Positions 1-7,708 are shown, counted from the first letter of the stretch. The stretch: 17,059 bases of DNA from an uncultured bacterium (GCA_964534375.1 CAZHPN010000034.1:1-17059); one strand, 5' to 3'. Notes: generated by a model not told the origin, from the sequence alone. A program made the numbers and translations.

Positions 1-881
1 CCGCCGATCGGCCCGAGAACGAAATCGTCCGGATGTGCGCAACAGGGGAAATAGCGACCTTTCGCCAGCAACGTGATGCTGACCCACGGCAACGAACAAC
101 ACCGGCGCGCACGCAGCAAGCGCGCAAGGCGGTAACGCGGGTTGGCCGCCTCCCACGTCGGTACGGCCTGCACCCACGTCGGCTTGAAGTCGACATAATC
201 GGCGCCGAAGCGTGCGGCCAGTGCGCGAATGCGCGGCAGTTCGGCCTCGTTCTTGCTCGTCACCAACGCCTGAAACCCGATCGACGGCGGGCGTCGGATC
301 CGCCGCTTGAGCCGAAACACCGTGTCCAAATTCTCGAGCAGCCGGACGAAGTCGCCGCCGGGTTTCATTACGGCGTACGTCTCCGGCGAACTGGCGTCCA
401 CCGCAATCGTCAGCAGATCGAGCCCCGAATGCAATAGCCGCTCCAAATACGGCTCATCGACGTGTTGCAGGTTCGTCGAAACGTACGTCGCGCTGCCGGC
501 CTCGTGCGCATGATGGATCATCTCCGGCAGCGCCGGGTTGAGCGTCGGCTCGCCGAACATCTGGTATGACGTCAGCAGACAGAATTCGCGGAACGGCGCA
601 AAGCCGCGGACAAAATCGTCCACCGACAACTGGGCCGACGGCAGCGGCCCGGACACGGCGCGCCAGCAATAGGGGCAACGCAACGGGCAGTCGGTGGACG
701 GGTCGGCGCGGAACAAATAAGGGAACGAATGCACGATCACGTCGCGCCGGCGAAACGCCAGTTCGGCACGGGCGACATTGGCGAGTTTTCGCGGCGAGCC
801 GTAGCGGGCCAGCAGGCGCATGCTTCGTCCGCCGCGTTTCAGCGTCAGCCACGGCAACGGCGAGCGAAACGAACCGCTCAT
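1..881 (-). CDS. Radical SAM protein with C-terminal Twitch/SPASM-type domain (3' end outside window)
   Basis: Not in the ORF track because it has no stop in the window. Manual translation from ATG 881 (ATGA overlap with the DUF362 stop; alternative ATG 821) gives MSGSFRSPLPWLTLKRGGRSMRLLARYGSPRKLAN...PYLFRADPSTDCPLRCPYC (CxxxCxxC)...QMFGEPTLN...VSTN...LTIAVDASSPETY...CCSLPWVSITLLAKGRYFPCC, open to position 1. Confidence 0.9.
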   Translation of the reverse strand, partial: MSGSFRSPLPWLTLKRGGRSMRLLARYGSPRKLANVARAELAFRRRDVIVHSFPYLFRADPSTDCPLRCPYCWRAVSGPLPSAQLSVDDFVRGFAPFREFCLLTSYQMFGEPTLNPALPEMIHHAHEAGSATYVSTNLQHVDEPYLERLLHSGLDLLTIAVDASSPETYAVMKPGGDFVRLLENLDTVFRLKRRIRRPPSIGFQALVTSKNEAELPRIRALAARFGADYVDFKPTWVQAVPTWEAANPRYRLARLLRARRCCSLPWVSITLLAKGRYFPCCAHPDDFVLGPIG

Positions 882-1873
882 CGGCGTTCCCTCGCGGCTG
901 CAGCGTGCGCGCGGCGAAACAAATAATTGCGCCAGGCCGCGGGCATCGCGCTGACGATTCCGCCTGGCCGCTCCGGCAGGTGAAACGCCGGACGCGGCCA
1001 ACTATCGAGCGCATCGCCGAGCAGGCTGATCCGGGCCATCGCCGCGCCCCATTCCGGTTGTTCCGCCGCGACGCGCAGCGTCGCGATCTTCCCGGTCGGC
1101 GCCCCGACTAACGCCGCCAGGACAAAATCAACCGCAATTGCGTCCGCGCCCAAAACGAAACAGCCGATTTTTCGCGGCGTCCCGAACCGCGGGCCCTGGC
1201 CGTCGGCTCCGACGACCGCGTCGACAACGTGCAGCCGCGGCGCGACCAGATCGTTGAGATCGAGCAACATGCCCGCAAAGTCGTCCGGCTCCGGATGGCG
1301 CAGGTGCATGCGCTTGCGTTCGCCATATCCGTGTACGAGGCCGTACAAATTCTTTACGGCGCCGGTCAGCCCCATCAGTGTGTGGGATTTCAGTTTCGGC
1401 GCGGAGACAATCACGTCGAAATCGCCCAGGGTTCTCGGCAGTCGAAACCGGCGCGCTGTCCGGCCCGCCGGGTACGCGACGAAGCGCGTATCGCTCAGGT
1501 CCGCCAAGTGCGCGTCCGACCCTTGCAGTGCGGCGGCGATTCCCGTGCGCCGGTAGGTAAGGCGGCGAAATCCGAAGACCGGATTATCGCCAACGGACGT
1601 CGTTGCACCCTGCGCGCGCAGCAGATCGACCAGCGCGCGCACCACCACAGGGTGCGTCGTCTGGGCGCGATCGGGCGACATCGCCGCCATCAGATTGGGT
1701 TTGACGAGCACGCGAGCTCCACGATCAATTATTCCCGCCAGGCCGCCAAGAAAGTCCAAGCCGCGAACCAAGGCGTCGCGCACCTCGGACGGCGAGTACG
1801 TTTCGCAACGCACCACGGCGACCTGCGCGGGTGCGATAGCGGGAAGGGTCTCGGCGGCCGGCGACGTCGTCAC
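878..1873 (-). CDS. DUF362 domain-containing protein
   Basis: Motifs VAVVRCETY, VLVKPNL, TTHPVVV, VGDNP, PKLKSH, TGAVKNLYG, DAVVGADGQGP and DAIAVD are typical of DUF362. The likely start is GTG 1873, overlapping the upstream TGA (GTGA), rather than the track start at 1939. No C-terminal ferredoxin Cys motifs are seen. Confidence 0.88.
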   Translation of the reverse strand: MTTSPAAETLPAIAPAQVAVVRCETYSPSEVRDALVRGLDFLGGLAGIIDRGARVLVKPNLMAAMSPDRAQTTHPVVVRALVDLLRAQGATTSVGDNPVFGFRRLTYRRTGIAAALQGSDAHLADLSDTRFVAYPAGRTARRFRLPRTLGDFDVIVSAPKLKSHTLMGLTGAVKNLYGLVHGYGERKRMHLRHPEPDDFAGMLLDLNDLVAPRLHVVDAVVGADGQGPRFGTPRKIGCFVLGADAIAVDFVLAALVGAPTGKIATLRVAAEQPEWGAAMARISLLGDALDSWPRPAFHLPERPGGIVSAMPAAWRNYLFRRAHAAAARERR

Positions 1874-3369
1874 GGCGCGGCGTCGCCCGGCCCGCCGTTT
1901 CGAGCGCGGGGATAGACGGCCAATCCGGCGCCAGGCCAACGCCGGCGCAGGCGGCGCATCGCCACGAGCGGGAGCACGACTCGCAACAGGTCAAATTGGC
2001 GCCACACGTAGAGCGGCCAGTGGCGGAGTCGCAGGATGCGCCACAACCGTCGTGGATCGAAATAAAACGCGCGGAACAACCGGCGTTGCCACGCATGAAT
2101 CGCCGCGAGCGACAAGGAGGTGCGTTGCGAGCGAAATTCCTCCGCGGTCGGGAAGCGACCGCGGCTGACCTCGACCCAAAGATCGGCGCCTAATTTCTCG
2201 CGGCAACTTGCAAGAATGTCGGTGTGCGGCAGCGGCACCGCTTGTAAGAATTGGGCGAAATGGAGCGGCAGACGTCGGACCAGCTTCAGCGTGCGGCTCA
2301 GACTCTCGTCGGACTCGCCTTCGTTGCCCACCATGAAATAGCCAAAACCCATCATGCCCGCCTCCGCGATCCACGCGCTGGCTTGGCAAACACGTTCCAG
2401 ATCGACGCGTCGGCCGACGTTTTCCAGAATTTGCGGATCGGCCGATTCAATGCCGACGCTGACGCGCACGCACCCAGCCTCGGCCAACAGCTGAATCAAG
2501 TCGCGATCCAGCAAGTCGCCGCGCGTCCGGATCGTAAACGTCAGATCGAGACGCCGCGCGATTAATCCGCGGCATAACGCGTCCGTCCAATTGCGGCGCA
2601 CCGTAAACGTGGGGTCGAGAAAAGCGATTTCCCGGATCCCGCGCCGCGCGCAATCCTCGATCTCCGCCAAGACACTCGGGACGCCGCGCAAACGATAGGG
2701 CGTCGTGTGATCCGTGCAGTAGGCGCAGTCGAACGGGCAGCCAAAACTGGCGAACGCGACAGTACACGGCCGACGAACCGTCAGATTGGTCGCGTAGAGG
2801 CGGTCGTCAACCAGATCGCGCGCCGGAAACGGCAGCGTATCCACATCATCGATGGGGGCTTCCGGACCGCCATCGATGACCGCGCCGTTCCTGCGGTACA
2901 GGACGCCGGCGATATTTCCCGGATCGCGACCAGCCGCCAACGCGGCGGCCAGCGGGGCAATAGCGCTCCACCCCTTGCCGCGCAACGTGTAATCCACAAA
3001 CGAACGCTGCGCCGCCAGATCGGGATACTCGCCCGGAAAGTGGCCGCGGACGACCAGCGTTGCGCCCAACGCCTGCTTGAGAACTCCGAGATCTTCGAAA
3101 TTTTGAGGCGAGTTATAGAGGTTGACGTTGCCGATGATGAGATCGGGCGCGAATGGACGTACGCGACGGATTACCGATTGGATCTCCAGCTCTTCCGCCT
3201 CGGCGTCGACCAGAATAACTCGATGCCCCGCTTGCCGCAGCAACGCCGCGACGTACATCAAACCGACGGGCTGATAGCGCACGAGGAGCGCCGAATAGAG
3301 GCCGGCAGGGACGACGCCGTAAGAGAAATCCTTATAAAAGATTGGCGGCCGAATAACCAACGCTCTCAT
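1870..3369 (-). CDS. Cobalamin (B12)-binding radical SAM protein
   Basis: N-terminal QPVGLMYVAALLRQAGHRVILVDAEAE (B12-binding domain), LPFPARDL, GCPFDCAYC (CxxxCxxC), EAGCVRVSVGIESAD, YFMVGNEGES. Start taken at ATG 3369 (MRALVIRPP). Confidence 0.92.
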   Translation of the reverse strand: MRALVIRPPIFYKDFSYGVVPAGLYSALLVRYQPVGLMYVAALLRQAGHRVILVDAEAEELEIQSVIRRVRPFAPDLIIGNVNLYNSPQNFEDLGVLKQALGATLVVRGHFPGEYPDLAAQRSFVDYTLRGKGWSAIAPLAAALAAGRDPGNIAGVLYRRNGAVIDGGPEAPIDDVDTLPFPARDLVDDRLYATNLTVRRPCTVAFASFGCPFDCAYCTDHTTPYRLRGVPSVLAEIEDCARRGIREIAFLDPTFTVRRNWTDALCRGLIARRLDLTFTIRTRGDLLDRDLIQLLAEAGCVRVSVGIESADPQILENVGRRVDLERVCQASAWIAEAGMMGFGYFMVGNEGESDESLSRTLKLVRRLPLHFAQFLQAVPLPHTDILASCREKLGADLWVEVSRGRFPTAEEFRSQRTSLSLAAIHAWQRRLFRAFYFDPRRLWRILRLRHWPLYVWRQFDLLRVVLPLVAMRRLRRRWPGAGLAVYPRARNGGPGDAAP

Positions 3370-3450
3370 GTTTCGCTCGGTTCCGTGCTCCGTCTCCCGT
3401 CTGCCGCCGCTCTTTTGGCCCGCCAATCGGGCCAAGCCAACAAACACGCC

Positions 3451-3479
3451 ACTTTACCAAAAATTGCCGGCGCTGTCGC
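3451..3479 (-). promoter_or_regulatory. Putative sigma70 promoter for the B12-rSAM/DUF362/rSAM operon
   Basis: Minus strand GCGACA-N17-TAAAGT with an extended -10 TG (TGGTAAAGT), about 80 nt upstream of ATG 3369. Confidence 0.4.
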
Positions 3480-3493
3480 GAACGGCCATCCGC

Positions 3494-3727
3494 GCCCCAA
3501 TGGTCGCGGATGACCCAGAGAAACCGTGCGGCGACGGCGCCCGCCAAGCTGCTGATGAAGCTGCGTTCGGTGGGGATCCGGCCTTTCGTATCCCTCTGGG
3601 CATCGACGACGCCCGTCCACGCGCGCACCCCCATCGCGCGGAATTCGGGATCTCCCATTCGTTGCCGATTGCGGATGAGGCGCTTGATGCAACGGGCGCG
3701 CCGCGACGCGCGTTTCGGCTTGCGGCC
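3494..3727 (-). mobile_element. Degenerate ISAs1-family transposase fragment
   Basis: The minus frame reads WTGVVDAQRDTKGRIPTERSFISSLAGAVAARFLWVIRDHWG (ends 3494), resembling the ISAs1 C-terminal signature E-R-Y-ISSL...IR-HW-IEN. A frameshifted GR..ETR (3727-3708) lies about 45-50 codons upstream, where HGRIETR is expected. No IEN-LHW continuation and no terminal repeats are seen. Confidence 0.6.
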
Positions 3728-3808
3728 CGCGCGGCGAAGTCCAACGGCGTCGCGGCGGTGTCGGCGCGGGAGGCGCCGACATGACGTGCGCCGGTCCGCG
3801 GTCGGGGC

Positions 3809-3836
3809 TTGCAATTGCTTTGCCGTTGGATAAACT
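3809..3836 (+). promoter_or_regulatory. Putative sigma70 promoter of tRNA-Thr
   Basis: TTGCAA (3809-3814), 16-nt spacer, TAAACT (3831-3836), then GC-rich CCGC; the -10 ends 13 nt before the tRNA. Confidence 0.6.
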
Positions 3837-3849
3837 CCGCTGTGTTTTT

Positions 3850-3921
3850 GCCTTCGTAGCTCAGTGGTAGAGCACCTCCTTGGTAAGGAGGGGGTCACCG
3901 GTTCAATCCCGGTCGAAGGCT
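3850..3921 (+). tRNA. tRNA-Thr (anticodon GGT)
   Basis: Complete cloverleaf: acceptor GCCTTCG/CGAAGGC, D arm GCTC/GAGC, anticodon arm CCTCC-TTGGTAA-GGAGG (GGT at 3882-3884), T arm ACCGG-TTCAATC-CCGGT, discriminator T. CCA is not encoded (followed by CAA). Confidence 0.97.
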
Positions 3922-3931
3922 CAAGCCGAGA

Positions 3932-3962
3932 AGCCCCAGATTCTAAAAGAGAATCTGGGGCT
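3932..3962. terminator. Hairpin, probable terminator between the tRNA and the convergent rSAM gene
   Basis: Perfect 13-bp stem AGCCCCAGATTCT / AGAATCTGGGGCT with a 5-nt loop, 10 nt after the tRNA. The U-tract is weak on both strands. Confidence 0.7.
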
Positions 3963-4107
3963 CTGTCTTATCAAGATAACTACTCTCGGACGAGTGTCAG
4001 ACACTGCTGGTCAGTGAACTGCTTCCCGGCGGCGATGACACCTACTTGCGCCGCCTCAAAGATCCTTCTATTGAGTGCGCTTGGGCCCCCGCCGGTCCGG
4101 CGGAAAT

Positions 4108-5583
4108 CTACACGAAAGATACATAGTTGGAGGTCTTAAAGGCCGGATTGGCCACATGCCAAAAATAACGCAATCCGTCGGCCCAACCCAAGCCAAACAC
4201 GCGCTTTTCGGCGAGCAGGCCGATGGCAAAGCTAATGGGCGCGAGGGCCATGGACCAGCGGGAATTAATGAGGCGCTGCGCCCATCGTTTTTCAACGCGG
4301 AAATGCAACAAAAGCGCCCAGAGCCAATATAGGCGCGTCAATCGTTCGGGGGCAGCGCGACGGAACAACGTCGCTGCGGGCCACCTCGGAATATCGGGAA
4401 CCTCGTAGATGCGTTCTTCGTAGTCGGCGGCGAGAATACCATCGGCGATCAGTCTTGTCGCGACCCGGCTGACAGGAAAAGGAACAAGTTCCGTCACGCG
4501 GGTGTGGTCGACGCCCAGACGTTGGTTGAGTTCCAACGCGTCCAGATCGCCATCTGGGGGAATCCAGGGCACGCCAAGAATATTGAACGTGACAAGTTTA
4601 ATGCCCGCTGCCTTGATCAGCGCTGCGGCGCGGTTGATGTCATCGCGGCTGACGGGCTTGTTCAACGCCTCCTGCCGAACCCGGTCATCCGCTACTTCGA
4701 CGCCAATGGCCAGAATGCGACAACCCGCGTCCTTGAATCGGCGCACGGTCTGCTCGTCCAGCGTGGAAGCCACCGTATTGCAGGAGAATGGAATGCCCAC
4801 CTTGTCCCGGTACGTCTCGGTAAACTGCTCCGTCCACGCGGCCCCAGAGGAAAACAGGTCGTCGGAAAAATGCACTACCTCGAGCCGATGCCTACGGCGC
4901 ACTTCGGCGATCTCGCGAACGACTCGCTCTGGGCTCTTTCGGCGAACGAAATGCGCACCTTCTTTCAGAAGCGCGCGGTACGATGGATTGAAACAATAGC
5001 CGCACGAGTTTCCGCAGCCGCGGGACGTCGCAAATTTCTTCGCCGGGAAACTGCTCATAAAGGGGTAGCGATAGTAAAGTTCCCGGTCCGGCAGCGGCAT
5101 TTCGTCCAGGTTCTGGAGCACTGGCCGCAACGGATTGCGCTGGCAGCCGCCGTTCGCGCGAAAAACGAGGTTCGAAATGTCCCGCGGATCGCGCCCATCG
5201 CGTAACGCGGCCAAGACGTCGACGACCACGCCTTCCGCCTCGCCCGCGAAAGCGACGTCCACGCCCTCCTGCCGCACGACGTTGCTGAAGAAGGTCGGAT
5301 GGGTTCCTCCAAGCAGCGTGGTGGTCGCGTCGCCCAATGTTCGTTTGGCAAGGCGCGCCAGCGACAGTGCGGAATTATGGCCGAGCAGGTCGCATGGCAC
5401 GACCGTCAACCGTGGGGCGAATTCTCTTAACCGACGAACCAGATTCGGTTCTTCGCGACGGAGAAAAAGCCGCGTGACGGCGCCGGACTGTTGCAATTGC
5501 GCGGAAAGATCGCAAAGCCCGAGGGACTCGTTGATGCCGTTGCTCTGCAGCATCGCGACGCCCAGACCACGGAGTTCGCCCAA
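4108..5583 (-). CDS. Cobalamin (B12)-binding radical SAM protein
   Basis: ESLGLCDLSAQL, LLGGTHPTF, AGEAEG, PLPDREL, TSRGCGNSCGYC (CxxxCxxC), RRKSPERVVREI, FSDDLF, AGCRILAIGVE, FNILGVP. TTG start preceded by GAGGG. Confidence 0.92.
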   Translation of the reverse strand: MGELRGLGVAMLQSNGINESLGLCDLSAQLQQSGAVTRLFLRREEPNLVRRLREFAPRLTVVPCDLLGHNSALSLARLAKRTLGDATTTLLGGTHPTFFSNVVRQEGVDVAFAGEAEGVVVDVLAALRDGRDPRDISNLVFRANGGCQRNPLRPVLQNLDEMPLPDRELYYRYPFMSSFPAKKFATSRGCGNSCGYCFNPSYRALLKEGAHFVRRKSPERVVREIAEVRRRHRLEVVHFSDDLFSSGAAWTEQFTETYRDKVGIPFSCNTVASTLDEQTVRRFKDAGCRILAIGVEVADDRVRQEALNKPVSRDDINRAAALIKAAGIKLVTFNILGVPWIPPDGDLDALELNQRLGVDHTRVTELVPFPVSRVATRLIADGILAADYEERIYEVPDIPRWPAATLFRRAAPERLTRLYWLWALLLHFRVEKRWAQRLINSRWSMALAPISFAIGLLAEKRVFGLGWADGLRYFWHVANPAFKTSNYVSFV

Positions 5584-5759
5584 TTGTCTATCCCTCGCTC
5601 AGACATTCGCGCGGCGTTCGACAACCCGAGTCGCGCGTTTGGCGAACCCGCGCAGCTTGCCGGCGCAAGTTTCACACGGATTGAAACACGAAACGGCGGG
5701 CACGGCAAATCCGAGCGACAACACAGGTTTCGTTCGGCGAACGACTATCGCCGAGGCAA

Positions 5760-5972
5760 TTGGTTATCGAGAACCGACCGGCACGACAACAAGACGGATC
5801 AGCCGAACATGGAAGGGTTCACCGCCCGGAAGCAACTTGCACGTGCGCCAACTGCTACGTCTCCAAATGCTCGTGCAAGCAAGTACATGGGCCGGCGCCA
5901 AGCGACGAGCCGGAACCTTCGTCGCCGCGCGACGCCGCCCGCGCGGCTGACAGAGCGGCGCAACCGGGGTAA
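5760..5972 (+). CDS. Possible small Cys-rich peptide (uncertain ORF)
   Basis: 70-codon ORF containing CTCANCYVSKCSC, with its stop 8 nt before the rSAM/Twitch ATG. The TTG start is weak and the N-terminal codons look poorly adapted. Confidence 0.25.
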   Translation: MVIENRPARQQDGSAEHGRVHRPEATCTCANCYVSKCSCKQVHGPAPSDEPEPSSPRDAARAADRAAQPG

Positions 5973-5975
5973 AAT
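5947..5975 (+). promoter_or_regulatory. Putative sigma70 promoter giving a leaderless mRNA
   Basis: CTGACA (5947-5952)-N17-TAAAAT (5970-5975), followed after only 5 nt by ATG 5981. Confidence 0.6.
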
Positions 5976-5980
5976 CGGGA

Positions 5981-7081
5981 ATGGCTCTTCCCGCGCGCCG
6001 GATTTTCAACGCCCTCACCCACGCCTATGGGCGCATCGGTCGTTTGGCGTCGAACGGCGCCGCCCCGCCGCCGCTGTTTGTTAATTGCGTCGTGACGTTC
6101 GACTGCAACATGGCCTGTCCCTTCTGCTTCGCGCGGACGGGTCGATCGCAGCTTCGCGGTTCGCCCCTCGCCGCCGCGCAATGGGCGCAGATCATTCGGC
6201 AAATCCCGGCGTACGCGCTGCTCGGCTTTTCCGGCGGCGAGGCGTTTTGCCACCCGCAGTTTCGCGACATTTTTGCAGCGGCCGGCGAACGGCATCGCTT
6301 CGTCCTGGTTTCCAACGGTCGGGCGATCGACGAAACGGTCGCGGCGGAACTGGCGGCCCTCGGCGCGGAAAGTTTGCGGCGAAAAGGACTGGTGCAAGTC
6401 GGCATTTCAATCAACGAGCCGTTGGCCGACGAACAGGCTTGTCGAGCGGCGCTTGCTGAAAAATTGCACGTGTTCGGGCGGCTGGCGCGGCATCGGCTGT
6501 CGCGAGGCCGCCGGTTTCCGCGACTGGAAATGAAGGTGGTCATCCGTGATGAGACTGCGCCGCATCTGGCCGTCTTCGCCGGTGCGCTCGAGAGTCCGGA
6601 CGTCGACGCCGTGACCTTTCAGATGTTGAGCAATCAGCGCTTCGCTTATTATCTCGGTACCGACCCGGCGGATCGACCGGCCGTCGACGCGTTGCGCGAC
6701 TACCGCAACACCCCCCCGGAACCGCTCGCGTTTGCCGCGCTCGACGGCCTGCGCGAGTCGTTTGCGCGCCTGGCGTCGTTGCCTAAAGCCGCGCGCCGGC
6801 GCATCAACTTTTTGCCGGATCTGCCGCCGGAAAAGTACGTGGCTTACTACGAAGGGCGTATGAATCTGGCGGATTTTCGGTGCGGCAATCCGTGGGTGCA
6901 CTTGCTGATCGATCCGGCGGGCGTCGCTCGCCAGTGTTTTAATCCCGATGGCGCGGATCTGACCGCGACGCCGTTGCGCGCGGCCTGGAACGCGCCGTCG
7001 TTTCGCGAATTCCGTCGCGACCTGCGCGCCCGCGGATCGTTTCCTTGTTGCGCCGGCTGTTGTTTCTTGACGCCAAAGTGA
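5981..7081 (+). CDS. Radical SAM protein with C-terminal Twitch/SPASM-type domain
   Basis: VTFDCNMACPFC (CxxxCxxC), FSGGEAF, LVSNG, and C-terminal CGNPWVHLLIDPAGVARQC...AWNAPSFREFRR...FPCCAGCC. Confidence 0.92.
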   Translation: MALPARRIFNALTHAYGRIGRLASNGAAPPPLFVNCVVTFDCNMACPFCFARTGRSQLRGSPLAAAQWAQIIRQIPAYALLGFSGGEAFCHPQFRDIFAAAGERHRFVLVSNGRAIDETVAAELAALGAESLRRKGLVQVGISINEPLADEQACRAALAEKLHVFGRLARHRLSRGRRFPRLEMKVVIRDETAPHLAVFAGALESPDVDAVTFQMLSNQRFAYYLGTDPADRPAVDALRDYRNTPPEPLAFAALDGLRESFARLASLPKAARRRINFLPDLPPEKYVAYYEGRMNLADFRCGNPWVHLLIDPAGVARQCFNPDGADLTATPLRAAWNAPSFREFRRDLRARGSFPCCAGCCFLTPK

Positions 7082-7147
7082 GCGGCGGCGGGGGCCGACG
7101 CCGCGACAGCGGTAGAAACCATATTTGTCCGATGCCGACCGCGCGGC

Positions 7148-7600
7148 CTAGCGGACGGTCTGACGTATTTCTGCCGGGGACACGCTGATCAGATGGGCGT
7201 GCATGGTAATGCCCCGGCCGCTCAGGCGACGAATGACGTCGCGCGTCCGTTCCAGATCAAGATTCTTGGCCATGGTCTCTCGCAGGCGCGGCGAGACGGT
7301 TTCGATCGCGACCATCACGCAGTAGACGCCAGCCTGTGCTACCAGATCCAGCGACTCGTCTGTCGCCAGATCGGCCCGAGCGCCGATACAGACCGTGATT
7401 CCGACATTCAAGCGTCGGTCGATCACGGCCTTCCTTGCCGTCTCTTCCCAGTACATGGTTCCGTGTGCGCCGCGGCAGACGACCGGCGTCTCCAGAGACC
7501 GGTATTTGCCGGCGATCGCCAACCGATGCATGGCCGGCGCGTCGACGCCATGGGCGCTGAATCCCACCACGTCCGGGCGGAATTCGGCAAACACTCGCAT
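7148..7600 (-). pseudogene. Internally deleted cobalamin-binding radical SAM remnant
   Basis: A B12-domain piece (FRPDVVGFS...VVCRGAHGT) is joined in frame to the late TIM-barrel piece (IDRRLNV...GARADL...AGVYCVMVAIETVSPRL...KNLDLE). The N-terminus, the CxxxCxxC region and the C-terminus are missing. Confidence 0.75.
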
Positions 7601-7659
7601 TGGCGCGCCGAAGCCTCACCACGCCAGTTGCAAAAACCCTACTGGGTTGGCGCTTTTTC

Positions 7660-7708
7660 AGCCCGAACCCCCGACCCCCAATCTCCAATCCCCAATCCCC
7701 AAGCCCGC
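7660..7708. repeat. Heptamer tandem array, about 7 degenerate units (ATCCCCA-like)
   Basis: AGCCCGA ACCCCCG ACCCCCA ATCTCCA ATCCCCA ATCCCCA AGCCCGC, directly after the ruvX stop. Confidence 0.8.

Noticed and set aside
3366..3833. Several 96-138 aa ORFs in the gap upstream of the tRNA as real genes or precursors
   Set aside because: Low-complexity Arg/Pro/Ala-rich translations; the region is better explained by the ISAs1 relic and promoters.
3980..4126. Short open stretch after the tRNA terminator (LLVSELLPGGDDTYLRRLKDP) as a gene or integrase remnant
   Set aside because: No convincing start or ribosome binding site, and no family motif I can recognise.
5800..5925. Possible cobalamin riboswitch (GAGCCGGAACCT loosely resembles the B12 box) near B12-dependent genes
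   Set aside because: Core elements such as AGGGAA and GCCACTG are not found; an Rfam scan would be needed.
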